Positions 9,447 to 21,458 of a stretch of 64,000 bases of DNA are shown here, in pieces (position 1 is the stretch's first letter; every line of letters starts with the position of its first letter). Source of the stretch: an uncultured Oscillospiraceae bacterium (GTDB taxonomy: Bacteria > Bacillota > Clostridia > Oscillospirales > Acutalibacteraceae); NCBI GenBank assembly GCA_910588935.1, contig CAJUSM010000005.1:2118-66117 (forward strand). Direction: 5' to 3'. The translations under genes and the position numbers were made by a program. The notes below the pieces were generated by a model. The model saw nothing but the letters and a program-made list of their open reading frames with translations, did not search any database and was not told where the DNA came from.

Positions 9447-10505
9447 ATGGAAAAGGTTTTGGAATATTTGCAGCGGGCCGTGCACGATCAGGCCTCCGAT
9501 CTCTTTATTGTCAGCGGCAGCCCGGTGTGCGAAAAGCTGGAGAACCGGCTGGTTCGGATGAACAGCGACCAGCTTTTCCCCCAGCACACCGAGGCCCTGA
9601 TTACCGAGCTCTACCAAATGGCCGGCCGCCCTATGGAGCGCTTTGCCGAAAAGGGGGACGATGATTTTTCTTGCCCGGTGCCTGGCTTAGCCCGGTTTCG
9701 GGTAAATACCTACCGCCAGCGGGGCTCTATGGCGGCGGTGGTCCGGGTGGTTTCCTTCGATATCCCAGACTGGCAGAGCCTGCACATCCCATCCCAGGTG
9801 ATGGACCTGGCCCAGCTGCACAGCGGTATGGTGCTGGTTACCGGCACTGCCGGTAGCGGAAAATCTACCACCCAGGCCTGCATTATTGATGCCATCAACC
9901 GTTCCCGGGACGCCCACATTATTACTCTGGAAGATCCCATTGAGTACCTGCACCGGAACCAAAAAAGCATTGTGAGCCAGCGGGAAATTGCCATAGATAC
10001 GGCAGACTATTTGGCCGCCCTGCGGGCCTGCCTGCGCCAGGCCCCAGACGTAATGCTGGTGGGGGAAATGCGGGACCACGAGACCATCCGCACCGCTATG
10101 ACGGCGGCGGAAACCGGCCATTTGCTTATTGCTACCCTGCACACCAAGGGCACAGTGAATACCATAGACAGAATTGTAGATACCTTCCCGGGGGACCAGC
10201 AGGGCCAGGTTCGGGCCCAGCTATCTATGGTTCTCGGCGCGGTGGTCTCTCAGCAGCTAGTACCAGGTGTCAGCGGCGAGCTGGTGCCGGCCTTTGAGGT
10301 AATGCGTATCAACAGTGCCATTCGCAGCCTAATCCGAGATAGCAAAACCCACCAGATTGACAGTGCCATTGCCGCCGGCGCGGCGGAAGGCATGATGACA
10401 ATGGATCAATCTATTTTGCGCCTGGTAAAGGCTGGGCTGGTGGACAAAGAAACCGCCCTGAATTATAGTGAGAACCCTGACCAGATGCGCAGGCGGCTGG
10501 GTTGA
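9447..10505 (+). CDS. pilT: PilT-family type IV pilus ATPase
   Basis: ORF 9345..10505 trimmed to ATG 9447 (MEKVLEYLQRAV). Walker A GTAGSGKSTT, HIITLEDPIEY, LVGEMRDHETI, AAETGHLLIATLHT, TIDRIVDTFP. No long GspE-type N-domain. Confidence 0.9.
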   Translation: MEKVLEYLQRAVHDQASDLFIVSGSPVCEKLENRLVRMNSDQLFPQHTEALITELYQMAGRPMERFAEKGDDDFSCPVPGLARFRVNTYRQRGSMAAVVRVVSFDIPDWQSLHIPSQVMDLAQLHSGMVLVTGTAGSGKSTTQACIIDAINRSRDAHIITLEDPIEYLHRNQKSIVSQREIAIDTADYLAALRACLRQAPDVMLVGEMRDHETIRTAMTAAETGHLLIATLHTKGTVNTIDRIVDTFPGDQQGQVRAQLSMVLGAVVSQQLVPGVSGELVPAFEVMRINSAIRSLIRDSKTHQIDSAIAAGAAEGMMTMDQSILRLVKAGLVDKETALNYSENPDQMRRRLG

Positions 10506-10518
10506 GGAGGGAATGGCC

Positions 10519-11436
10519 ATGAAGAAAAAAGCGTTGTTTGGGGCAAAAGTTCTGCTGCTGGGCGCGGTGGTGATTGGCCTGGGCATGGCAACCTGGAAGA
10601 TGCAGGATTACCATAAGGGTGCCCAGGACTACAGCGAGGCCGCCCAGCTGGCCGGGATCTCCAAGGAGGCCTTTGGGGCCATTCAGGCCCCGGAAAGCCG
10701 GCCAGAACCGGACGCCCACCCCACTGCCTCTTCCTCATCTTCCACAGCCTCCCAGCCGGCAGAGAATGCTTCCGAGAGCTCTGAGCCAGAGGACTGGGAA
10801 GAAGATTCGTCCCCAGAGGAGGAGCCGCTGCCGCCAGAGCAGAACACTGCCGACCCCTATATCCAGGCCCTAGCCCAGGTGGACTTAAACGCCCTGCGCC
10901 TCACCAACCCAGAAGTGGTGGGCTGGATCGCCATTCCTGGTACCGATGTGTTCTATCCGGTGCTGCAGACAGATAACAACCAGCACTACCTGAACTATAC
11001 CTGGAAGAATGAGAGCAGCTCGGTAGGGGCAATTTTTTTGGAGAGCACCAATAAGCCGGATCTGAGTGGCTACAACACCTTGGTATATGGCCACCAGATG
11101 ATGGATGGCTCCATGTTCGGCAGGCTTTCTGATTTCGGGAAAGAGGGCTATTGGCGGGAACATCCCAGCGTCTATATGGTTACAGATGCAGGCGTGAAAA
11201 AATACAATGTTTTTTCGGCGTTTGAGGTTGGTGTGCGGGATATTGTATATCGGCTGGACTTGGAAGAAAGCAAGCTGCAGCAGGATTTTATAGATTTCTG
11301 TGTGAGCAACTCCGCGATTGATACGGGAATTGTGCCTGGCACAGATGAGAAAATGCTGACGCTTTCCACTTGCACAGGCTGGGGCTATGCCACCCGATGG
11401 GTGGTTGTGGCGGCGGAGGATAAAGGCACAGCCTGA
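10519..11436 (+). CDS. srtB: class B sortase
   Basis: N-terminal TM helix and an acidic Ser/Glu/Pro linker. Motifs WIAIPGTDVFYPVLQTDNNQHYL, YGH, LTLSTC catalytic Cys, TRWVV Arg. ATG 10519 lies 8 nt after GGAGG. Confidence 0.9.
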   Translation: MKKKALFGAKVLLLGAVVIGLGMATWKMQDYHKGAQDYSEAAQLAGISKEAFGAIQAPESRPEPDAHPTASSSSSTASQPAENASESSEPEDWEEDSSPEEEPLPPEQNTADPYIQALAQVDLNALRLTNPEVVGWIAIPGTDVFYPVLQTDNNQHYLNYTWKNESSSVGAIFLESTNKPDLSGYNTLVYGHQMMDGSMFGRLSDFGKEGYWREHPSVYMVTDAGVKKYNVFSAFEVGVRDIVYRLDLEESKLQQDFIDFCVSNSAIDTGIVPGTDEKMLTLSTCTGWGYATRWVVVAAEDKGTA

Positions 11437-11534
11437 GGTGCTATAGGCTCCAGAACCCCCACGGGAAGATCAGCTAAGGCCAAGTATCCAATCTGGGCTT
11501 TTGCCTCCGCTTTGGTGGGTAGCTGGGTAAAACC

Positions 11535-11611
11535 AAAAATTCGGGATGTAGTCCCGACAGTCCTTGACCTTATGAGGAGAAGGGCTGCCGGGATTTCATC
11601 CCGAATTTTTT
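11535..11611. terminator. bidirectional compound terminator between srtB and atpC
   Basis: AAAAATTCGGGATG (11535-11548) pairs with CATCCCGAATTTTTT (11597-11611). A-run and T-run flank the stem. A second 14-bp hairpin lies at 11618-11649. Confidence 0.65.
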
Positions 11612-11679
11612 GTGCGGCGAAAGCCTTGGGCTGCCGCCCGAGGCTTTCGTTCCTATATCATAGCAATATCTTAGATTTT

Positions 11680-12098
11680 TTACTCCATATGCCCTGTAGA
11701 GGACTTTACCCGCAGCCGGTTTAGCGCCCGAGCCAAAGTGGCCTGGGCCACCTGGTATTCCTGCCGGCTCTTCTTTTGCAGAATTGCCTCCATGGCTTCA
11801 TCCGCTTCCCGGCGGGCCCGGGCGGCGTCGATGTCCTCTGGGCGTTCGGCAGAGTCTACCAGCACCAGCACCTCGTTGTGCTCTACCTTTACCATGCCAG
11901 GAGAAATAGCGGCGGTCTGGGTTTCCTCCCCAGGCCTGCGATACCGCATGGTTCCTGGCAGAATTGCCGCGATCATACTGCTGTGGTGGGCCAGGATGCA
12001 GTGCTCCCCGTCTGAGGTGGGGATGGTCAGGCTTTCGCAAGGACCCTCATAAAAGGTTTTGTCTGCCGCCAGAATATGGACCTGGAACGCCGCTGCCA

Positions 12099-12099
<1 letters not shown>
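11680..12099 (-). CDS. atpC: F0F1 ATP synthase subunit epsilon
   Basis: 139 aa; last gene of the atp operon. Beta-sandwich N-terminal half plus helical tail (ARARREADEAMEAIL). Confidence 0.9.
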
Positions 12100-14399
<2,300 letters not shown>

Positions 14400-14410
<11 letters not shown>

Positions 14411-16160
14411 GCTTTCTGCTTTGGAGGTAGCTTTCCAGGAATTCCTTGGAAAGGGTTATCAGCTCCTCCCGGTCGTCCTCAAAGAGCTGGCCGGTTTGGT
14501 CTGCTCTGCGGCAGATGTCCGGAGATTCTCTTTCCACAAACTCCAGCAGCCTTTTCCGGAAATCCTCCATCTCCTCCAAGGGGATATCCTGCATGATATG
14601 GCCCATGGCCGCGGTGAGGATGATTACCTGGCGGTGCTGGCTGAAGGGGCTGTACTGGGGCTGGCGGAGCAGGCGCATAAGGCCCTGGCCATAGGACAGC
14701 TGGCGCTTGGTGGCATCGTCCAAATCGCTGGAAAACTGGGTAAAGACCTCCATTTCCCGGTACTGAGCCAGCTCTAGGCGGATGGCTCCCGCGGCGGACT
14801 TCATAGCCTTGGTTTGGGCGTCGCCGCCCACACGGGATACGGAAAGGCCCACGTTTACCGCCGGCCGCTGGCCTGAAAAGAACAGGTCGCTTTCTAGGAA
14901 AATCTGGCCATCGGTAATAGAGATAATATTGGTGGGGATATAGGCGGAAACGTCCCCTGCCTGGGTCTCCACAATAGGCAGGGCAGTCATGCTCCCTCCC
15001 CCCAAATCGTCGGAAAGATGGGCGGCACGTTCTAGCAGCCGAGAGTGGAGATAGAACACGTCCCCAGGAAAGGCCTCTCGACCGGGGGAGCGCTCCAGCA
15101 GCAGGCTTAGGGCACGGTAGGCAATGGCATGCTTAGAGAGGTCATCGTATACAATAAGCACGTCTCGGCCCTGGTACATATAGTATTCTCCCAAAGCGCA
15201 GCCGGCATAGGGGGCAATGTACTGCAAAGCGGCAGAGGCCCCAGCGGGGGCGGTAACAATGGTGGTGTACTCCATGGCCCCCCGGCGGCTGAGATTTTCC
15301 GCCAGCTGTGCCACAGAGCTGGACTTTTGGCCAATGGCCACATAGATGCACACCACATTTTTTCCCTTCTGGTTCAAAATGGTGTCCAAGGCAATGGCGG
15401 TTTTTCCGGTCTGCCGGTCGCCGATAATCAGCTCTCGCTGGCCTCGGCCAATGGGGAACATGGAGTCAATGGCCAGCAGGCCGGTTTCCATGGGCCTGTT
15501 CACAGGCTGCCGGTCCAGGATGCTAGGGGCAGGGGCTTCAATAGGACGGTGGGTTTCGGCCTCAATATGGCCCTTGCCGTCTACCGGGATGCCCAGGGCA
15601 TCCACCACCCGGCCTAAAAAGCCATCTCCTACCCGCATAGCGGCGGTTTTCATTGTGCGGCGCACAATGCTGCCAGCCACAATCTCTTGGCTGTCTCCAA
15701 AAAGTATGCAGCTCAGGTCATCCCGGCGCAGGTCCTGAACCATGCCCTTTACCCCAGAGGAGAACACCAGCACCTCGCCATACTGGGCGTGGGTTAGGCC
15801 GCCTACAGTGGCGATTTCCCCATCTACCGTAAGCACCTGGCCTATTTCCTCAGGGACCAGGTTCAGCTCCCATTCGTCCATGGTTTGGCGGATTAAGGGG
15901 AGCAGGTCGTCCTGGCCGGGGCGCAGCTGGCGCAGGTAGTCCTGAAACTGACGGATACGGCCATGGGGGGTCCAGTCATAGATATCGGAGCCCACCTGCA
16001 GCCGGAAACCGGTTTTAATCCCAGGGTCATGCTCCCATTTTAGGGGAACCTCCCTGCGGTACTTATCCTGAAGAAACCGGGAGAACCGCTCCAGCTGCTG
16101 GGAGCTGGGCTCTTTGGCGCTGCGCAGCAGAGCCGATAAATAGCCCCTATCGTTTCTCAT
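14400..16160 (-). CDS. atpA: F0F1 ATP synthase subunit alpha with N-terminal delta(OSCP)-C-terminal-domain-like extension
   Basis: 586 aa; Walker A GDRQTGKT. The alpha core starts near residue 100. Residues ~15-85 resemble the delta C-terminal domain. ATG 16160 has a GAGGGAGG SD and overlaps the atpF stop. Confidence 0.93.
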
Positions 16161-16653
16161 GGGCGCTGCCTCCCTCTGCCAGATTTAAAAACTGGTCGAA
16201 GGGGTCTGTATCTGGATGAAAAGCCAGCATTTCCACGGCCTCCGTGGCCAGCTTTTTCAGCTCCCGCTGCGACGCTTTCAGGGCCCGGTCCTGGGTCTGT
16301 TCAGCCTGGGCCTGGGCTTTGGCCACAATCTCCTGGGCCTGGGTTTGGGCAATGGCCAGCTGCTCCCGGGCAGATTTCTCCACGGCTTTCTGGGCCTCGG
16401 CCCGGGCCTGGTGGAGCTCCTCGTCGGCCTGGTCCAGCTTTTGCTGGTACTGGGCCTTAATTCTTTCAGCCTCTTCCAGCTTGCCGGCAGCCTCCTTTTC
16501 CAGGTTTTGGTAGTGCTCTTCCCGCTTGGCAATAAACTGCTTAACCGGCTTATACAGCAGGAAGTACAGGCCGCCGGTGAGAATGGCCAGGTTCAGCCAG
16601 TGCAGCAGAATCTGCTGCCAGTCGATATTCAGTGGAATATTCATCCCTGCCAC
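16147..16653 (-). CDS. atpF: F0F1 ATP synthase subunit b
   Basis: 168 aa; one N-terminal TM helix, then a long Ala/Glu/Gln/Lys-rich coiled helix. Confidence 0.85.
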   Translation of the reverse strand: MAGMNIPLNIDWQQILLHWLNLAILTGGLYFLLYKPVKQFIAKREEHYQNLEKEAAGKLEEAERIKAQYQQKLDQADEELHQARAEAQKAVEKSAREQLAIAQTQAQEIVAKAQAQAEQTQDRALKASQRELKKLATEAVEMLAFHPDTDPFDQFLNLAEGGSAHEKR

Positions 16654-16658
16654 CTGCC

Positions 16659-17039
<381 letters not shown>

Positions 17040-17060
17040 TCAGATAATGCAAAGCATTGG

Positions 17061-17864
17061 TTATTTTTTCTCATGGGCGGGCTCGGAAACCTCCCCATAG
17101 TACAGGGAGGTGAGCATGGTAAGCACATAGGTTTGAATAATTGCGTGGAGCAGGGTGAACAGCACACCCACAATTACCGGCAGCACAAAGCTTAGGGTAA
17201 CATAGTAGTACACCAGCTCGGTAACCAGCAGGCCGCTGAGCAGCGCGCCAAAGAGCCGGAAACTCATGGAGATGGGCAGGGAAAATTCCTTTAAGGTTTT
17301 GCCCACGCCCTTTAGGCCGTTCTGGGCAATGCCGCCGGAGAGGATGACCAGGTAAGAGAGGGTGCCGGTGGCGATGGCGGCGTTTACATCAGAGAGGGGG
17401 GCGGGCAGGGTGATGGGGTGGCCGTGAACGGTAAGGGCCTGCAAGCCCAATAGCTCAAAGAGGGTACCTACAAATATGTAGGAGCCTACGGCAAAAATAT
17501 AAGCCCCCATAAAACCGTAGCGGTGGGGGCTGCTGCCTTTGGCCATATTGTCAAAGAGCCCAACTACCTCCTCCAACGCCAGCTGGAGCCTGCCTGGCGC
17601 CAGCTTAAACCTGGGTATGGCAAAAATCCGGATAATCAGGGCAGCGGCCAGCAAGACAGCAGTAACGGCGAAAGCGGAGACCAGCCCGGGGTTTACAGCC
17701 TTGATACCCAAGAAATTGATTTGGTTCACATTGTGGAGCACCGCGTCCCGCATTGCTTCCTGCACGGTTTCTGTGCGGGGATTGGTGCCTGCCAACAGGG
17801 CGGCGGCCAAAAGGACCGCTATTGCCAGCAGCCACAATACAAACCCTTTTTTGTGTTGCTTCAT
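17061..17864 (-). CDS. atpB: F0F1 ATP synthase subunit a
   Basis: ORF 17061..17891 trimmed to ATG 17864 (MKQHKKG) after GAAAGGAAG. Polytopic, with the conserved Arg region (LPISMSFRLFGALLSG). Confidence 0.9.
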   Translation of the reverse strand: MKQHKKGFVLWLLAIAVLLAAALLAGTNPRTETVQEAMRDAVLHNVNQINFLGIKAVNPGLVSAFAVTAVLLAAALIIRIFAIPRFKLAPGRLQLALEEVVGLFDNMAKGSSPHRYGFMGAYIFAVGSYIFVGTLFELLGLQALTVHGHPITLPAPLSDVNAAIATGTLSYLVILSGGIAQNGLKGVGKTLKEFSLPISMSFRLFGALLSGLLVTELVYYYVTLSFVLPVIVGVLFTLLHAIIQTYVLTMLTSLYYGEVSEPAHEKK

Positions 17865-17960
17865 CGCGCACTTCCTTTCTGTAAACTGCATTGCATGTTA
17901 TTTCCGCCTTTTCCCTAGGGGCAGAAAAGCCGGGGGAGCCAGGCGCAAAATACCATGCAG

Positions 17961-17989
17961 ATTATAGCAAGTGTCAATGTCAATGTCAA
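17961..17989 (-). promoter_or_regulatory. consensus sigma-70 promoter of atp operon with triplicated TTGACA
   Basis: Minus strand reads TTGACATTGACATTGACACTTGCTATAAT. TTGACA (17989-17984), 17-nt spacer, TATAAT (17966-17961). Confidence 0.75.
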
Positions 17990-18323
17990 GGCCAAGGGGA
18001 ACAGGAAGAATGGGTAAAAATCCCCAAAAAACAAGGAGGAGAGAGACGGGAGAAAAGCATAGTTTTTTCACACCGCTGACAAGGTTTTTTGGAAGGCGGA
18101 GAATGCGCCCCGTCCTGGAGCCTGCCGCTGTATGGGAAAGTAAAGGGAGCGTCCCTTTCGCGGATTTTAATATAGGGGCGGATATTACCCGCCCAGTCCG
18201 TGAAAGTACCAGAACCCGGGTAGAGAGGGGCGGACACGCGGGGCCGCCCCTACAAGGCGCTCGGCTCTTGAATCATACATAGAACGAACGCGCGGCAGGA
18301 CACTCCCCAAAGTAAAAAGCGGA

Positions 18324-18352
18324 TTGACAGACGCGTGGTTTTCAGGTACAAT
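18324..18352 (+). promoter_or_regulatory. sigma-70-type promoter of CNNM/MATE operon
   Basis: TTGACA (18324-18329), 17-nt spacer, TACAAT (18347-18352). Confidence 0.7.
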
Positions 18353-18398
18353 AAAAGTCATTATATTTTCCTTATCTTAGAAAGGAGCCTCAACTGTC

Positions 18399-19742
18399 AT
18401 GCCTGAAGACCCTGACGGTCTGGCCGTCATCCCAATTTTGCTTACCCTGCTTTTTGCCGCCTTGGCTGCCCTTTACGCTGCCGGCGAGTCCGCTGTAAAC
18501 AGCCTCTCTCTCTCTCAAGTGCGAAAGGACGCGGAGTCCGGCAGCAAAAAGGCCAAGTCCTTGCGCAAAGCTATGGAAACCCAGGTTAGCGCTGTGTCCC
18601 CCCTCCAGTCCGGCCTGCTGTTTTGTGGGCTGCTGGGCCTTGCTTTCTGCATTTCCGCTTTTCTGGGCCCTATGTATCGGGCTCTTTCTTTCCTGGAAAA
18701 GGGGAGCGGCCTGCGCTGGAGCCTGTCCTGCTTTGCCGTGGCGGCTAGCTATCTGCTGGCCTTTTTCCTGCTGGCGGATCTGCTGCCCAAAAAGGGCGCC
18801 CGGCATGCCGCGGAACAGTTTGCCTACCGCTGGGCAGGGCTCATTCTTACCCTTTCTTCTGCTGCCATGCCCTTGCTCCGTTTTGCCAATTGTGTGGCCA
18901 ATGGCGTGCTGCGCCTGTTTCGGGTAGATCCCCACTCCCTAGATGACGCCGTGACGGAGGAAGAAATCCTCCAAATGGTAGGAGAAGGGGAGGAGAAGGG
19001 GGTAATTGAGGAGACGGAAAAGGATATGATCGCCAATATTCTGGAGTTTAACGACACCACTGCCGGGGAGACCATGACCCACCGCACAGACATTGCGGCC
19101 GTGGCCGACGACGCTGCCCTCAGCCAGGTGGTGGAGGTGGCTTTGGAGCACGGCTGTTCCCGTATCCCTGTGTACCATGAGGACATCGACTCGGTGGTGG
19201 GCATTTGCTATGTAAAGGACCTGCTGCCCTTTGTAGGCGCCTCTCTCCCGGCCGAGGCCACGGTAACCGGCCTGATGCGCCCTGCCTATTTTATCCCGGA
19301 AACCAAGAAATGCAGCCAGCTGTTTACCGAGCTTACCGAGCGGAAGGTGCAGATTGCCATTGTGGTGGACGAATACGGGGGCACGGCGGGGCTGGTCACC
19401 CTAGAGGACCTGGTGGAGTCCATTGTGGGCAATATCCAGGATGAATATGACAACGAGGAGGAGGAGATCCGCCAGGTTAGCGAAACAGAGTTTACTGTGG
19501 ACGGCTCCGCCTCTATTGACGAGATTGGGAACCTGACAGAGACGGAACTGCCGGAAGGAAACTACGACACCATCGCGGGCCTGGTCACCGAGCTGCTGGG
19601 CAGAATCCCTAAGGAAGGGGAGCACCCCCGGGTAGAGGTGGCGGGGCTGGCAATTACAGTAATGGAGATTGATGACCAGCGCCTAGCCAGGCTGCGGATT
19701 GTAAAGGAGTCAAAGAAAGGGGAGGAAGACGAGCAATTATGA
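18399..19742 (+). CDS. hemolysin/CNNM family protein (DUF21 TM domain + CBS pair + CorC_HlyC)
   Basis: 447 aa. N-terminal 4-TM region, then the CBS region (IMTHRTDIAAV ... RIPVYHEDIDSVVGI), then the C-terminal transporter-associated domain. Confidence 0.9.
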   Translation: MPEDPDGLAVIPILLTLLFAALAALYAAGESAVNSLSLSQVRKDAESGSKKAKSLRKAMETQVSAVSPLQSGLLFCGLLGLAFCISAFLGPMYRALSFLEKGSGLRWSLSCFAVAASYLLAFFLLADLLPKKGARHAAEQFAYRWAGLILTLSSAAMPLLRFANCVANGVLRLFRVDPHSLDDAVTEEEILQMVGEGEEKGVIEETEKDMIANILEFNDTTAGETMTHRTDIAAVADDAALSQVVEVALEHGCSRIPVYHEDIDSVVGICYVKDLLPFVGASLPAEATVTGLMRPAYFIPETKKCSQLFTELTERKVQIAIVVDEYGGTAGLVTLEDLVESIVGNIQDEYDNEEEEIRQVSETEFTVDGSASIDEIGNLTETELPEGNYDTIAGLVTELLGRIPKEGEHPRVEVAGLAITVMEIDDQRLARLRIVKESKKGEEDEQL

Positions 19743-21133
19743 AAAGCCACAGCAACCCCGGGGTAAAAGAACAAAACCTGGGCTCCGGCAGCGTGGGCCG
19801 GCTAATGCTTTCTCTGGCCGTGCCTGCCATTACCGCCCAGGTGGTGAATATGCTCTACAATATTGTGGACAGGATGTACATTGGCCATATTCCAGAAATT
19901 GGGGCGGCCGCCCTAACCGGCGTGGGCATTACCTTTCCCATTATCATCCTCATTATGGCGTTCAGCTCTTTGGTGGCCATGGGGGGCGCGCCTCAGGCCG
20001 CTATTGCTATGGGCGAGGGGGACCTGCCTAAGGCGGAGCAAATCTTGGGCAGCTGCTTTACTACGCTGCTGGCCTTTTCTGTGGGCCTTACAGCGGTATT
20101 CTTGCTTTTCGGTGAACCCATTCTTCGGGCCTTTGGGGCCAGCGGCAATACCATTGGCTATGCATCCAGCTACCTGCAAATCTATGTCATTGGCACCGTG
20201 TTTGTCCAAATCGCTTTGGGCATGAACATGTTTATTACCACCCAGGGTTTTGCCACCACAAGTATGTTTACCGTTATCATTGGCGCTGCCCTCAATATCG
20301 CCCTGGACCCGGTTTTTATCTTTGTGTTCCAAATGGGCGTGCGAGGGGCAGCTTTGGCCACTATCCTCTCCCAGGGGGTATCGGCTGTGTGGGTGCTCCG
20401 GTTCCTTACAGGGAAAAAGACCAGCCTCCGCCTGCGCCGGGAAAACCTGGCGGTAAAAGCGAAGATCATCCTGCCGGTAATGGCCCTAGGAGTGTCTCCC
20501 TTTATTATGCAGAGCACAGAAAGCCTGCTCAGCGTGGCCCTAAACACCTCGCTGCTAAAGTATGGCGGCGACTCTGCCGTAGGGGCCTACACAGTGCTGG
20601 CCAGCGTGCTGCAGATTGTGAACCTGCCTCTGCAGGGGCTCTGCCAAGGAGCCCAGCCCATTACAAGCTTTAATTTTGGGGCGGGAAAATTCGACAGAGT
20701 GAAAAAATCCATCCGCCTGCTTCTGGTCTGCTGCCTGGGTTACAGCCTGGCCTTTTGGCTGGCGCTAATGCTGGCGCCCCAGATATTTGTGGCCATGTTT
20801 ACCGGGGACCAAGCCCTAACGGAAATCACGATATGGGCCATGCGGATCTTCCTGTTTGGCGTGTTCGCCTTTGGGGCCCAGTGCGGGTTCCAGCAGTCCT
20901 TTCTGGCTTTGGGCCAGGCAAAGGTTTCGCTGCTGCTTGCCCTGCTGCGGAAAATTGTGCTGCTGATCCCCCTTATCTTTATCCTGCCAGTATTCTTTGA
21001 AAACAAGCTGTTCGGGGTCTTTGTGGCCGAGCCCATTGCGGACATTTTGGCAGCTATTGTCACCAGCGCTTCTTTCCTAACCTGGGCGAAACGCCATTTG
21101 GGCGGGAGGGGCCGGGTGGAGCCCCCTGCTTAA
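19739..21133 (+). CDS. MATE family efflux transporter
   Basis: 464 aa, 12-TM pattern, typical N-terminus (LAVPAITAQVVNMLYNIVDRMYIGH). ATGA overlap with the upstream stop. Confidence 0.9.
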   Translation: MKSHSNPGVKEQNLGSGSVGRLMLSLAVPAITAQVVNMLYNIVDRMYIGHIPEIGAAALTGVGITFPIIILIMAFSSLVAMGGAPQAAIAMGEGDLPKAEQILGSCFTTLLAFSVGLTAVFLLFGEPILRAFGASGNTIGYASSYLQIYVIGTVFVQIALGMNMFITTQGFATTSMFTVIIGAALNIALDPVFIFVFQMGVRGAALATILSQGVSAVWVLRFLTGKKTSLRLRRENLAVKAKIILPVMALGVSPFIMQSTESLLSVALNTSLLKYGGDSAVGAYTVLASVLQIVNLPLQGLCQGAQPITSFNFGAGKFDRVKKSIRLLLVCCLGYSLAFWLALMLAPQIFVAMFTGDQALTEITIWAMRIFLFGVFAFGAQCGFQQSFLALGQAKVSLLLALLRKIVLLIPLIFILPVFFENKLFGVFVAEPIADILAAIVTSASFLTWAKRHLGGRGRVEPPA

Positions 21134-21187
21134 GCGCCAGAAGCCGCCCTAAAGGGCGGTTTAGATGTCAATTTAAGTATAGAGGAA

Positions 21188-21216
21188 AAGGCCTTGCGGT
21201 AGCAAGGCCTTTTTTG
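21188..21216 (+). terminator. intrinsic terminator after MATE gene
   Basis: AAGGCCTTGC GGTA GCAAGGCCTT followed by TTTTT. Confidence 0.8.
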
Positions 21217-21275
21217 TGTGGAAAAACACCTTTGGTTTTTTAAAACAAGGAAAAGGCGGCCGTTTATTCCCCCCT

Positions 21276-21458
21276 CTAGCTTGCTGTTTTCTTTGATAAA
21301 TGACTTCTTCCAGTCCCAAACACGCCGTCTTTTTGCCCATAAGCGGCGCTTTTCGCGTCAAAAATCCTCGTCAATTGGAAGACTTGCGTTTTTTTTCTTG
21401 AAATAGACCCTATTTGGAAAAAAATTCGTCATTTTCTCTATTTTTTAAACAGACTCTA
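21276..21458 (-). repeat. degenerate copy of MITE-like family 1 (reverse orientation)
   Basis: ACGCCGTCTTTTTGCCC, GTCAAAAATCCTCGTCAAT and CATTTTCTCTATTTTTTAAACAGACTCTAA match the reverse complement of the 44891-45078 element in the same order. Confidence 0.45.
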
